A DNA stretch of 64,000 nt from Octopus bimaculoides (GCF_001194135.2 NC_068990.1:66374013-66438012), one strand, 5' to 3'; positions 13,650 to 26,970 are shown, numbered from the stretch's first letter. Translations and numbers: made by a program. The notes: generated by a model not told the origin, from the sequence alone.

Positions 13650-14534
13650 ATTAATAGATAACCACTTCATTAGGTCGCGAGGATATCAACGTTGAGCTCG
13701 CTCGGTAGAAAGCCAACGTAGCGTGGATGCTACGATTTGGTCTGTGACAAATGAACATGGACAAGAAATCGAAGGACAAGAGGAAATGTGCAAGGTCTTT
13801 CACGATCACTTTGCTGCGTTGTTCGGAGGGGGCGGAACGTTGGACCATGGGGACGTCCTACGGGATATCCTGGTCGGCGGCCCGCGTCTTTCGGTGCGAT
13901 ATACTGAGCGCTGTGAAGAGCCGATCACGGCTAAGGAGGTCATAGAGGTACTTTCCGAGTGCCCCGGGGACAAGTCACCGGGACTGGATAGTCTACCTTA
14001 CGAATTTTATAAAAGTATGCCAGACGTGTTCGGGAACATACTTGCCAGTGTTTACGCGAACTGGCAGCAGAATTGGAGAATTCCCAATCTGTGAGCCGAG
14101 GAGTTGTAACACTGATCAGAAAGGACCAGAGCAAGGAGGATAACGTGAATAATTTCAGGCCCATAACTCTGCTAAACACAGAGTTAAAGATTTTGGCCAA
14201 GGTGTTAGCGAGGAGAATGAGGATTGTCGTTGGAGACCTGGTGGGAGAGGCGCAGACATTCGTTATCTCAGGAAGGACGATATTCGACAGCCTTCATCTC
14301 ATTCGCTACACCATAGAGAGGGTTGGGAAAATTTCTGGCAAAAGTGGGGCACTGGTGAATTTGGACCAGTCTAAGGCATTCGATAGAACTGCTCATCGGT
14401 ATCTGGCGGCGTTTCTCCGGGTGGTCGGCCTGGGCCCGACCTTCAGAGGCTGGATCGAAGCTTTGTATTATAACATCGAATCTGTTGTCCGGGTGAACAG
14501 GTCCGTCTCGATCCCTTTCGCAATTAACTGTTGA
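13650..14534 (+). mobile_element. L1/Tx1-clade retrotransposon ORF2 fragment (linker and RT N-terminal half)
   Basis: IRSR..; KSPGLDSLPYEFYK; 1-bp frameshift near 14085; RGVVTLIRK..NFRPITLLNTELKILAKVLARR..GRTIFDSLHLIR..LVNLDQSKAFDR..LGPTFRGWIEALY. GC-rich relative to the flanks. Confidence 0.93.
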
Positions 14535-14682
14535 CTTATTACAAGTATCACGTGAATTTCTATTTTCTTGTTGTTATGAACAAGATGGTGGCCTCTCTCT
14601 CATACTGACTAAATTATAATGTGTCATTAAGTCTACGTTATCACTATAAAATGGATAACCCTGAAATCACTATACTGCCATA

Positions 14683-14886
14683 TCCTTTTCTACTCTAGGC
14701 ACAAGGCTCGAAATTTTGGGGGAGGAGACCAGTCAATTAAATCGACCCCAGTACGCAACAGGTACTTGATTTATCTACTACGAAAAGATGAAAGGCAAAG
14801 TCGACCTCGGCGGAATTTGAACTCAAAACGACGAAATACCGCTAAGCATTTCGCCCGGCATGCTAAAGTTTCCGCCAGCTCACCGC
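14683..14886 (-). mobile_element. tRNA-derived SINE, family A
   Basis: Contains gatgaaaggcaaagtcgacctcggcggaatttgaactc and cgctaagcatttcgcccggc; tail cccaaaatttcgagccttgtgcctagagtagaaaagg on the minus strand. Confidence 0.9.
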
Positions 14887-15163
14887 ATGTGATACTGTCA
14901 TATCGATTATATATGTACAGCATAATGATGGAGCCATAGTCACGTAATCATTACACTTTCGAAAAAAAATATGTACAGTTACAGAGAGGATGAATTTATA
15001 TATTTACGCTTAATACGGATCTCCTGACCAGACAAGGTCAATTGATTCAGGAACGGGAAGTTAATTTTAGAGGAGTACTACCGAGGAAACAATAGAGACT
15101 TACAAACACTGTCACTCACACGGGTGCGCACGGACACTTAAACACGCGGGCACACACACACAC

Positions 15164-15199
<36 letters not shown>

Positions 15200-15386
15200 N
15201 NNNNNNNNNNNNNNNNNNNNNNNNNNNNNNNNNNNNNNNNNNNNNNNNNNNNNNNNNNNNNNNNNNNNNNNNNNNNNNNNNNNNNNNNNNNNNNNNNCTC
15301 GTAAAATGTATATATACATACATTACATATATACACACACACATATATATATATATATATAGATAGATATATATATACATACATCG

Positions 15387-15423
<37 letters not shown>

Positions 15424-16382
15424 ATGTGTATGAAAGGCTACTTAAGAACAAGAAACCACCCTCATATAAAGCAATTAAGAATTAAGACGTCCTTTCTTAT
15501 CCTATATTGTTTCCTTTACTACACTCTGTAGTAAATACATATGTACGATGCATACATTTACGATACAGTATAAAATATTCAAACCGTTCCACACAAGTTA
15601 ATGTAATTTTGAATGGTTTTGGGAATAAAAAACAACAATGAACTTGTGTGCTTTATACGTCTTCAAATACAAGGTATTCAAGTAAGATTAACACCAAAAT
15701 TAATGTTTTGATCAGCAAAATAATGATATACGAAACTGAATGTTGTATATAACAACCATTATTAACGTAGCTGCTATTCTATTATGATGTACTTAAGGCT
15801 TATGATGCATCAACTGAGATACTTTTGTAGCATCCAACAATACGTATTTCCTTTCGTCGAACTTTTGTTTATTTAATTAAAACCGAGTATGAGCAGCATA
15901 AAGAATGACAGTGAAAACTACGCACTTTGTTCGCTATTTATTATACTATTGCTTACTAAATGTGCACACACTATGTTAAATATAATCCTCTGTCAAGATA
16001 CGACTTTGTATATACAGATCTAACACAGCAAAGCGCAACATACATCCACAGACAACCAACCCCACTTCGCACAACACACATCCACCCCAATCCTCCCAAA
16101 TTCACAGCAAGAGTTCTGAAGTAAGCTAAAATATACAGTACACAATGCAATTGTGGCCAAGTGGAAGTTCAGAAGAAACTGACTAGTTAATGCATGCTGT
16201 GCAGCTCAGTCAATGCTGCTGTGATTCAGTTAAAGCTACGGCTTTAAATCAACCCAAAGTCACCTCTCTTCGAATTTCCCATTGATAACGACAGAGCACC
16301 TAGAAACACTGCGTCTGGGAATCCGATAGAGGCAACATCGAGCATAGACGGTACTTTACATCTTTTATCATGAGAGAGAATT

Positions 16383-17285
16383 NNNNNNNNNNNNNNNNNN
16401 NNNNNNNNNNNNNNNNNNNNNNNNNNNNNNNNNNNNNNNNNNNNNNNNNNNNNNNNNNNNNNNNNNNNNNNNNNNNNNNNNNNNNNNNNNNNNNNNNNNN
16501 NNNNNNNNNNNNNNNNNNNNNNNNNNNNNNNNNNNNNNNNNNNNNNNNNNNNNNNNNNNNNNNNNNNNNNNNNNNNNNNNNNNNNNNNNNNNNNNNNNNN
16601 NNNNNNNNNNNNNNNNNNNNNNNNNNNNNNNNNNNNNNNNNNNNNNNNNNNNNNNNNNNNNNNNNNNNNNNNNNNNNNNNNNNNNNNNNNNNNNNNNNNN
16701 NNNNNNNNNNNNNNNNNNNNNNNNNNNNNNNNNNNNNNNNNNNNNNNNNNNNNNNNNNNNNNNNNNNNNNNNNNNNNNNNNNNNNNNNNNNNNNNNNNNN
16801 NNNNNNNNNNNNNNNNNNNNNNNNNNNNNNNNNNNNNNNNNNNNNNNNNNNNNNNNNNNNNNNNNNNNNNNNNNNNNNNNNNNNNNNNNNNNNNNNNNNN
16901 NNNNNNNNNNNNNNNNNNNNNNNNNNNNNNNNNNNNNNNNNNNNNNNNNNNNNNNNNNNNNNNNNNNNNNNNNNNNNNNNNNNNNNNNNNNNNNNNNNNN
17001 NNNNNNNNNNNNNNNNNNNNNNNNNNNNNNNNNNNNNNNNNNNNNNNNNNNNNNNNNNNNNNNNNNNNNNNNNNNNNNNNNNNNNNNNNNNNNNNNNNNN
17101 NNNNNNNNNNNNNNNNNNNNNNNNNNNNNNNNNNNNNNNNNNNNNNNNNNNNNNNNNNNNNNNNNNNNNNNNNNNNNNNNNNNNNNNNNNNNNNNNNNNN
17201 NNNNNNNNNNNNNNNNNNNNNNNNNNNNNNNNNNNNNNNNNNNNNNNNNNNNNNNNNNNNNNNNNNNNNNNNNNNNNNNNNNNNN
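16383..17285. other. Assembly gap (about 900 N); other gaps near 15200, 23049, 26312, 29769, 33232, 35495, 53031, 56359 and 60296
   Basis: N runs, nearly all abutting microsatellites or SINEs. Confidence 0.99.
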
Positions 17286-17290
17286 ATATA

Positions 17291-17438
17291 TACGACGGGC
17301 TTCTTTCAGTTTCCATCTACCAGTTCCACTCACAAGTCTTTGGTCAGTCCTAGGCTAGAGTAGCCACTTGCCCAAAGTGCCACGCAGTGAGACTGAACCC
17401 GAAACCATGTGGTTGGGTAGCCAACTTCTTACCACACA
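17291..17438 (-). mobile_element. SINE family B (5' half)
   Basis: tacgacgggcttctttcagtttcc...cacttgcccaaagtgccacgcagtgagactgaacccgaaaccatgtggttgg. Confidence 0.9.
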
Positions 17439-17453
17439 GACACAGACAGACAG

Positions 17454-17486
<33 letters not shown>

Positions 17487-17488
17487 TG

Positions 17489-17521
<33 letters not shown>

Positions 17522-17839
17522 ATGTTTATGAATATAGGCATGTGTGTATGCATGTATGTATCTATACGCGCACCATTCATACATACATATATATGTATGT
17601 ATACATACGTATTGTGTGTGTGCATGTAGATATACATACACTTACATGTGTACTTACAGAGACATGTGTATGTTGAAAAGTAATCGAGAGACTATGAGGC
17701 AGAATGAAAACAAACTGTAAGTTCTATAACAGTGAAAGACAAATTAAGAGAGTTTGAAGCTTTTGCACATATGCACTATGTATATGTGTGTAGGTATATG
17801 CGCGTGAGCGTGTGCCGCTTCTTGTTCTATCTACATTTG

Positions 17840-18410
17840 GTTTAATATATGTTATGCTACACTTAAAGTTAGATCTTTCTAATGCGCCGTTGCAGTATGG
17901 AGCATCCTTTTTCAAAGTAGCTTTATCCACTTATAGGTTACTAATGTTATTAACTAAATGTTTGATAATTGGTGGTAGGTGGTTAGAGCCTGTATCAAGT
18001 TAGTGGGTATCCTCCTTTGGTTCATGGTATGGTGTAAATTTGCCTGTTCTAAGATTCACATTAATATCTGGGAAAATAACTTTTGAAAGTTTAGTGTTAA
18101 TTGCTGCTATGTACATTTGGCTAAATATTTTGCATATTGTTATGCATTTTATCCACATAGAGGATAAAATCAGATCCATTATCAACTTCCTAATTCCGGC
18201 ATCAAGCAGCTCATCCTCATTCTGTTTTCACCCGCCAGGAATTATTCCCTGATCTGCATATTTATTCATCCCAATGTCACGCACAGTCACGTGTCGCTTT
18301 GTGTATACTCATCCAAGATGGAGTCGAGTACCAACGTTTCCATGTATTAGGCTTAATAAGTCTTGAGAGATTATCACCACATGAAACCATTGGTGACTTG
18401 TTAACCCACA
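17840..18410 (-). mobile_element. Degenerate Penelope-like RT/thumb fragment (Naiad-like)
   Basis: FPDINVNLRTGKFTPYH..SNHLPPIIKHLVNNI..APYCNGALERSNFK, same type as the 43.7-46.8 kb element. Confidence 0.7.
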
Positions 18411-20411
18411 AATATGATATACAGACACACAAACATATACACATATATTTATATGTATAAATATATATATAAATACATACATACTTATATACATACATAT
18501 ATACATATATAGATATGTATGTATGTATGTATCGGACGATCTCATTGTAGTACATATGTATAGCAATAAACATTATCATATCCGACTGTTCTCTACTTTT
18601 GAGCGACAATTTTGAATACTGCCCATTTATACATTGTTTGTTTTATATATTTATCTGTTCACTGGAATAAACAAATATTATGATATCACATCAAATTTTA
18701 ATAATAGATTGTAGCAGCTGCAGTAAAATTATCACAAGCATTCAATTATCTTATTGTATTATATTGACCTATAATATAATACAATGTAACGTAATATAGT
18801 ACACTGTAATATGATATTATATAACACAATATGACATAATATAATATAATATAATATTATAATTGAGTGTATCGCATAACATTGTATTATATTTTATTAA
18901 GATAAATTTTAGGTCGAATCACTAATAAGATTGTATTAAGATAACGCTCTTAAACTTTATCCATCCACGCAAGCTATCAGTACATTGAGTGTCGTGTACT
19001 TAAATTCTTCTCAAAAGACAGTTTTTGATCATATGCATTTTGTTACACAACAAGGAGAATTATAAGGAAGTCACTCACTAAATAAGCACTATGCTTTAAG
19101 TTTAATACGCTTATGGGCATCCATATTAATTCCCAAAACATTACTAGGGAAGATAATACTTTAAAAATGTTAAACCTTAAGATGCATACATATCTTCGTA
19201 CACACTTTAGTGTTAGGTTCCAGTTATATGTTTCTGCATTAATCTCTATATTGCAATGTTATATACGGATGCTGTATTTTAAACAACTACGTTCATTATC
19301 AATTACTCACAACTGTACATAGAACTACACGTATAAATAAAGTCTAGAGATAAAAGACATGTTTTAAAGATAAGGCACGACACAACATCTAGGCGAGTGT
19401 AACAGATAATTTGAAGCTAAGAATCTGCAATGCGTACACAATACACCTTGAGAAAATGCACTAATGCATGGTGTTATTCGGATAAATAATGGTACACTTC
19501 ATATATGTATATATACATGTGGGTGTGTGTTTATTCCTAAATAGGAAATGCAGGCTTTCTTTTTGGGATTCCAATAATGCGCATGTTTCAAGAGCAACAA
19601 GTTCCTGGGCACGTTATGATAATATTCAGCCTAATCGCAAATAGGGCTTCATTTATTTTAATATTACTTCTTCAGGAGCTGTAACTTAATATCCGCTTTC
19701 ACCCTTATGTTTAGTATGTGGATGTTGAATGATGACAATATTAGCATTTACAATCTACTCTACCTTATTTCTCTTTAAGTAGATGATGCAAAATTTTAAA
19801 GATTTTCAAGATTATCAGCAAACGCGCGATATACGTTTAAAAGTGTAATAACAGTTTCATCAAATACTCAAGCTCCTTCTACTGAAATATGTGTAGTAGT
19901 TATTCACACAATGCACAAGTCCCATATTTCGACCTGTTTGCAGTATTATCGAGACGATGCAAGGAAATCAAGGATAACAAGAAGTAAAATTCTTCTTTAA
20001 AGTATTATGAGATTTTTTAAACATGGCGACATGCTAAAGCACCCAAATTTCAATTTGCAAGCTGATGACTCGAGAGGCATTACCATATTAATCGAAGCTG
20101 TTGACATTCATTCGATTTTACTCATGGCGATTAGTTAGTCTTTTGTTATATCTGGAGAGGGTCATTATGCCAATAATAAACACATACACTGGTTCTATTT
20201 CCCTTTATTACTATTTGTCGATTGGTTAACTACTTGGTTAACCGTTCGGTTAATCAAGCAACCATTTGAAACCACCATAAATATCACGACTTCTCTACGT
20301 CAGCTTTGATTTAGTGCTTTCTATGTATATTTTTATTTCGAAGTTCTACAGTTCCATATTTAAGAGATGAAGAATTATGTACATTATTTACAATTGACGG
20401 ATATTTGTCCT

Positions 20412-20455
20412 CACAACGTTTCGGCTGATATACCCTCCAGCTTTCATCAGGTGTT
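20412..20455 (-). ncRNA. Minimal type I hammerhead ribozyme motif in the PLE 3' region
   Basis: AACAC-CTGATGA-AA-GCTG-GAGGGTATAT-CAGC-C-GAAA-CG-TT-GTG: conserved core, 4-bp stem II, palindromic ACGT at stem III, CAC/GTG stem I. Confidence 0.6.
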
Positions 20456-20547
20456 TTCAGGAAATTTCGACCTGGGTTCTCATTCCTAAGGTATTTTTCG
20501 ATGTTGTTATTGTTTATTATTATTATTATTATTATTCAGGTCACTCT

Positions 20548-20614
20548 GCCTGGAATCGAACTCGGAACCTTGGGGCTAGTAGTCAGCGCTCTTAACCACT
20601 ACGCTCTATGCCCG
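20548..20614 (-). promoter_or_regulatory. tRNA-like Pol III internal promoter (A and B boxes)
   Basis: CGGGCATAGAGCGTAGTGGTTAAGAGCGC...CCGAGTTCGATTCCAGGC; A-box-like GAGCGTAGTGG and B box GAGTTCGATTCC; lacks an acceptor stem. Confidence 0.7.
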
Positions 20615-22990
20615 TGGGCAATTACGGAGTAAATTTTAGGGCTTATAAATCTAATATTCTCCTATACTTCGTCGGTTCCCATATGCTGTTCATATCTGCA
20701 CTCGGTCTGCTTAGAAGGTTGTTGTGTCCTAGCATATGTGCTGCTTCTTTTAGTTTTCGTATTTTCCAGTGGTGTTCTCTGTCTATTATTTTAACTTCAT
20801 CCCACAGGGGGAGGTGGTCTCCATTTTTCCATGCATGATCAGCTATACCCGATTTATCAATATCTCCTCATGTCACAGCTTTGCGATGTTCGTCTACCCT
20901 TATTTTGAGGGGTACGCATGTTTCGCCTTTATATAACCTACCACAGCTGCATGGAATGGAGTACACGCAGTTCTTAGTCATATTCTCTTCTATTGGTGGT
21001 TTTACTTGAAGGACATATTTGCGACGTGTTGTATTACTTTTAAATACTGTCCTGATGTCATATGGGCCGCATATCTTTTGTATCTTTTCGGAGAGGCCTT
21101 TCACATAGGGTAGATAGACTGTGGACAGGTATCGGTTTCCTCCTCTCTTTTCTTCATAATTGCAGTGGAGAGTATGCTTTTAGGGTAGTTGTTGCTTAAT
21201 AGATTGTTACTGAGCTCGATCATTTCTTCATGGTGGGTATCACGATCGTTACCCAAATTCATTGCTCGATGTTTTAGGCACTGGGCAATCCCTCTCTTTA
21301 CATTGTATGGATGGTGGCAGTTGAAGTTGAGGTATCGTCCAGTGAAGGTCAGCTTGCAGTATACGGATGTCCTGAATCCATACTTGGTGCGTGTCATTAA
21401 TACGTCCAGGAATGCTAACTGGTTGTCATTTTCTTTTTCCATTGTGAACTGTATGGATGGCTTTATTGAGTTTACATGATCTAACAGCACTTGGACATCT
21501 TCCTGGTGGGGCCAGAGTATGAAGGCGTCATCAACATAATTGCAACCATTGGGTTGGTTTAGTGGTGTTGATCCTAAAGACAAATTCTCAAAGTATTCTA
21601 TGTATATATTGGCTATTATCGGTGATAATAGCCAATATATACATGGTTTAGCCATGGGTTCGCCATTATATATTTATGTAGTTATAAGGATGTAAATGGG
21701 GAGGTATGTGAGAAAAGGAGACTCTGTGTAGTTATGTGTGTGTATGCACGTGTGTGTGAGTGCAAATCATGAATATGTGTACTCTGGTGTGTGTGTGTAT
21801 GTGTACATGTCTCTACGTGCGTGCGCGTGTGTGTGTGTGGACGTCTGAATGTGTGTGTGTGTAAGTTCACGAATGCGCGTTTTTGTGGTAAAGTTAATTT
21901 TGGGTGTAAGTCACATGTTTATTGCAAAAGGATATCAAGAATTTTAATAGCGAAGAGATCTTCTTATTAATATGTAATCGAAATATTTTATTCTATTACC
22001 AAAACATTGAAGAATCGTTCGTTGGAGAAATTTTGTGAAGATAAGATTCATGGCAGAGATAGTTTTACAATAGCTAACTGTGATAAGGTTAGAGTAATCT
22101 GCTCGCTGTAGGATCTCTGAAATCTGTACTATGATTTCAAGAATTAAAAATACTTATATCATCAATGTGAATTTTGGATTTAAACCCTACGATATTTAAA
22201 AAGCATATTTCAGCACCTTCATGTACTGAACAGTGAACATGAATATTGTAGTTAAAAATAAATATATCCTCAAATCAACGTAGGAATTTGGAATGGAAAA
22301 TATTAGAGATGGTCGTATTTCTTTTAATCATCAAATCAACTACAAGGAAAAGACTTCTATCATATTTGAGTATTTGACTAATGTTGAAGAGAAATTGAGG
22401 CTTAATTTCCCATTATTAAACATAAAACAATATGATTAGATTCGAAATCATTTCTTCCGGGGAAATTCCAACTGATGTCGGTTTGAAGTTATATGAAGAA
22501 GAAGATTTGGCTTCTGCATCAGAATTGGAGTTTTAAAATCAAATACGAGAGGTTGTATTATGAAAAGATTTGGCGTTCCATCAGAGAAAAATAAACTTTG
22601 GTATCGGGAAACAAGAGCTTTGTGTATTTTCATTCACTTTTCAACATAATATTTATGTGAATTAGGAATTTTTTCACTGACCAAACTTGAATGCAAAGAG
22701 ACACAGAAAAAGTCTATTGAACGCAGTAAGGAAGAAATGAGAGGCAGTTTATCGTACATTTAAAGAAAAAAAATCACCAAAGAACAGCAAGTATATTTTA
22801 TCTCAAGCGTGATTTAAAAAAATAAAGAAGACATAGTAAGCCATATTTTTTCCTATGATTTTCTAAGTTTTTAGCATTAAAAGATAATATTTTATCTTTG
22901 CATTTAAAGTACGTAAGGAATTTCTATTTAATATCCTGTGTAATAAAAAAGACAGACAGCTACTTTTATATATATAAACACACACACACC

Positions 22991-23048
<58 letters not shown>

Positions 23049-23395
23049 NNNNNNNNNNNNNNNNNNNNNNNNNNNNNNNNNNNNNNNNNNNNNNNNNNNN
23101 NNNNNNNNNNNNNNNNNNNNNNNNNNNNNNNNNNNNNNNNNNNNNNNNNNNNNNNNNNNNNNNNNNNNNNNNNNNNNNNNNNNNNNNNNNNNNNNNNNNN
23201 NNNNNNNNNNNNNNNNNNNNNNNNNNNNNNNNNNNNNNNNNNNNNNNNNNNNNNNNNNNNNNNNNNNNNNNNNNNNNNNNNNNNNNNNNNNNNNNNNNNN
23301 NNNNNNNNNNNNNNNNNNNNNNNNNNNNNNNNNNNNNNNNNNNNNNNNNNNNNNNNNNNNNNNNNNNNNNNNNNNNNNNNNNNNNNNNNNNNNNN

Positions 23396-23432
<37 letters not shown>

Positions 23433-24799
23433 TATACACACACATACATATACATGTATACATACATACATGTACATATAGATAGAAATGTATGTATATA
23501 TGTATATGTATATGTATATGCATATGTGTGTGTGTGTGTGTGCGTGTATACAAGTACCCATGGAGTAACGTCACCTTGGATCCATACAATTAAGCAATAA
23601 GTCAGGAGATCTGAATATGATAATTTAGATGTTACGAACTTTACGTATTTCTCTCACTTAAACAGTTGCACACATACAAAGATATACGTTCCAGCATAGA
23701 CGCGGAAACAGATGGCCCTACGCACATTAAACACACACATGAATAAGCTAACCTATGTAGACGTTATATGAAGACAGTGTAAGATATAGTTACATTGGCA
23801 TACACCAGCAAACACATTGAAGAACGAGAATGTTATGTTAGATGCATTTGTAGTCGACATCAAAATTCAATTACAGAATTAAAACGCTAGACTCCAAAAT
23901 GGATACAAACATCACACGTGATTGGTTTTAAAAGTTTTTTCTGTTCCACTTTACATTTTAATTTGGAAAAGCAGAAATAATAGAAGACAACACACACACA
24001 CACACACATGCACACGCACGCACGCACACACACACAAACACACACACACACACACAGAGAAACACACAGAAACACTGCGTGTATGAATATGTGTGTGCTC
24101 TTCTATATGCGTGAATGTCAGAGTATGCGTGTGTGTGTAATCTCAGGTGAAAGAATTGTTTAACTTTTTATTATCGACTGGGCATATAGTTTAGCTGACA
24201 CATATATGTGTGCGTGTGTGTATGTGTGGGTGCGTGTACGTGTGTGAATACATACATACGTATACACACACACACACACATATATATATGCAGATAGAGA
24301 GAGATTTATATATACACATGTTTGAGTGTTTTCATATATATATATATATATATATACGCGTATATGAGCGGGAATGTTTGTATATATGTTTATGTAAATT
24401 GACATACACATGTTACCTTTTGTCCTCTGTTTGATGCACTTTGTAAGACACATCCAAATTAAGCTAATTGGAATTGAATATGCGATGAAACAATCGCTTG
24501 TATTGAACGAAAAGTTCAGACAAGTGTGTTAAATAATTTCTAAATGAAATTGCTATGCAAATGATAAATCGTTTGACATACCAACTCTGTCGGTGTAAAG
24601 GTGATTAATGCATGTATCTTGTGTAAAGCCGAAAACAGTCCAGAATGGGCTGTGTTCTATGTATGTATGTATGTATGTATGTATGTACGTTTGTGTGTGT
24701 ATATGTGTACGTGAATGTGTGCGAGCATGTTTCTTAATGAAAAATATAAAGTGGACACAAAGATACAGTAGAACCCCACTCTGGTTCACCGGGTGTTGG

Positions 24800-25200
24800 A
24801 TACATACGGGCCGCGGCAGCTTGCCGCAATCCCTCCACACAATACCACCAGCATTGCCTAAAGAACCCTAACGTTGGATTCTATATTCATTCAAGGCTGA
24901 GACCACGTACCGTATGCCCCCTATTCACTTGTACACTTTATTTTCCTCAGTAGACCATGCTCCACTTAATATCATCGAAAACGAAATCGAAGAAAAAGTA
25001 TCCCATCACCTACAAAAACGAAACTTGAACGACTTTGTTCAAGTAATAGCAGATGAGCCTATAATACCTGGATACATCTCAGTCAACAACCACTCCCTAC
25101 TTGAATGGGCCATGATATCATAAATGTTAAAATGACTTGAACAGATCCTACCAGGCGTCTGCGGTAATGTTTGGCCCAAACATATCTAAGTTTGATGGCA
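24800..25200 (+). mobile_element. Degenerate CR1-type LINE 3' end
   Basis: GPRQLAAIP..RTL..SIFIQG..; DFVQVIADEPIIPGYISVNNHSLLEW resembles the CR1 C-terminal IPDEP..NSLL motif. Confidence 0.55.
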
Positions 25201-25614
25201 TCGTTCAACTGGCATACAGCACATGCATTTAATCACTATAAATTATCATTTGTATGAGCATCTAGCTATATTTGTATGCGTGAGCAGTTGTGTTCCTGGG
25301 CGAAACACTTCATCACAAGTTGCCCTGCAGTCGCCTCGACACCTTACGCGTGGTACACCGTCCACCTGTTTCGGCAACATCGATTTTATGGAGTCACTTA
25401 ACTAATATACTGCACATACATTTAATCACGATAAAGAAATCAGTTGTGCAAATAGTTCGGTAGAAGCTGAAGACTCATATGATGTGTTCGACGGGAGAGT
25501 CCATCACACATACATACATGCATGCATGCATACATACATACATATAATATTTATAAACAAGCCAAAAAGCTTTGAAAGTTACGAAGGAAAGCAATTATAG
25601 AAGTCTATTAGTAT

Positions 25615-26145
25615 AATAATAACTATAATAATATATCATAGAAATAATATATATTCTCCGATTTAAAGCGACATTTATATATAAACAAATTGATTGAAAA
25701 ATGATGAGCTAACCCTAGCCAGAATTGAACCCACATATCAACGCTTAGATGGATACATGCGCATCCGATTGGGTCAACGCCCACCCATCGTTTCCAGACA
25801 AATTTTACGTATATATACTTAAACTGTCTAATACTGCTTATAATATTTATTAGCAAACCGGAAGGCCTTGGAAGTTACGGAGATAAAGCGACTATGGAAG
25901 TCTATTAGTACAATAGTAACTATCATAATACATATATTCTCCAATTTAACGTAAAATTTGGCCGAAATTGATGGGCCAGAGTTTTGCGTAACCAGGTGCG
26001 CTTGTAGCCAAGTAAGAGCTGATGTGTAGGTTCGATTCTGGCTAGGGTTAGCTCATCATTTTTTTAGTCAATTCATTTATATATAAATGTTGGTTTAAAT
26101 CGAATATATATATTATAACTATGATATATCATTATAGTTATTATA
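25615..26145. repeat. Foldback inverted repeat with arms of about 170 bp containing tRNA-like units
   Basis: aaatgatgagctaaccctagccagaat near 25700 is the reverse complement of the sequence near 26035-26063; pairing extends outward to about 25615 and 26145. Confidence 0.8.
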
Positions 26146-26577
26146 ATTATTATATGACACACACACAGACGCACACACACACACATATATATATAAAATG
26201 TAAGCAAGTAACATGTATGTATAACCTTATAACTTACATTCTGTTCACCTAGCTGAAATGGCAAAGTGCCTCAGATTAATTACCTAATTCAACTGAATCT
26301 TGATTATATATNNNNNNNNNNNNNNNNNNNNNNNNNNNNNNNNNNNNNNNNNNNNNNNNNNNNNNNNNNNNNNNNNNNNNNNNNNNNNNNNNNNNNNNNN
26401 NNNNNNNNNNNNNNNNNNNNNNNNNNNNNNNNNNNNNNNNNNNNNNNNNNNNNNNNNNNNNNNNNNNNNNNNNNNNNNNNNNNNNNNNNNNNNNNNNNNN
26501 NNNNNNNNNNNNNNNNNTGACAAAGACGTGTGAGGGCAGCAAATATAAAAAAAAATTCTTTCCTGTAGCAAGAACAT

Positions 26578-26658
<81 letters not shown>

Positions 26659-26744
26659 ATATATTTGTATGTGTAGTTGATTACACAACAGAGCGTATCT
26701 TTTCCTTTTGATCCCAAACAACAATATTTGGCCTGTTCTGTCTA

Positions 26745-26970
26745 AACTTAGTGACTTTTAATTTTCAGGTTCCACCAGTATTCCTTTAACGCATCGGTCT
26801 CAGTATAGTCAACTTCGTCTGTAGGTGTTTTCGTTTTTGCTATGTTCTCGACCTCTTTGGCCACTGCATCCTGCTTTATGGGATGATAATATCTGGAAGA
26901 TATTCTTTCACAATGGTTGATGTCTTCACTCTTGGTCTTGCACATCCTACATGTTTTGTGTGTCAATGTT
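26745..26970 (-). mobile_element. RLE retrotransposon fragment (zinc knuckle), related to the 36.1-37.1 kb element
   Basis: CRMCKTKSEDINHC..ISSRYYHPIKQDAVAK..KEYWWNLKIK. Confidence 0.7.

Larger units (their letters stand above)
20330..21669 (-). mobile_element. 5'-truncated Penelope-like element (Penelope/Poseidon type): RT, GIY-YIG endonuclease and 3' region
   Basis: SPIIANIYIEYFE..YVDDAF..HVNSIKPSIQFTMEKENDNQLAFLDV..SVYCKLTFTGRYLNF; CVYSIPCSCGRLYKGET..LKIRVDEH..SGIADHAW..DEVKIIDRE..KLKEAAH. Confidence 0.93.
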
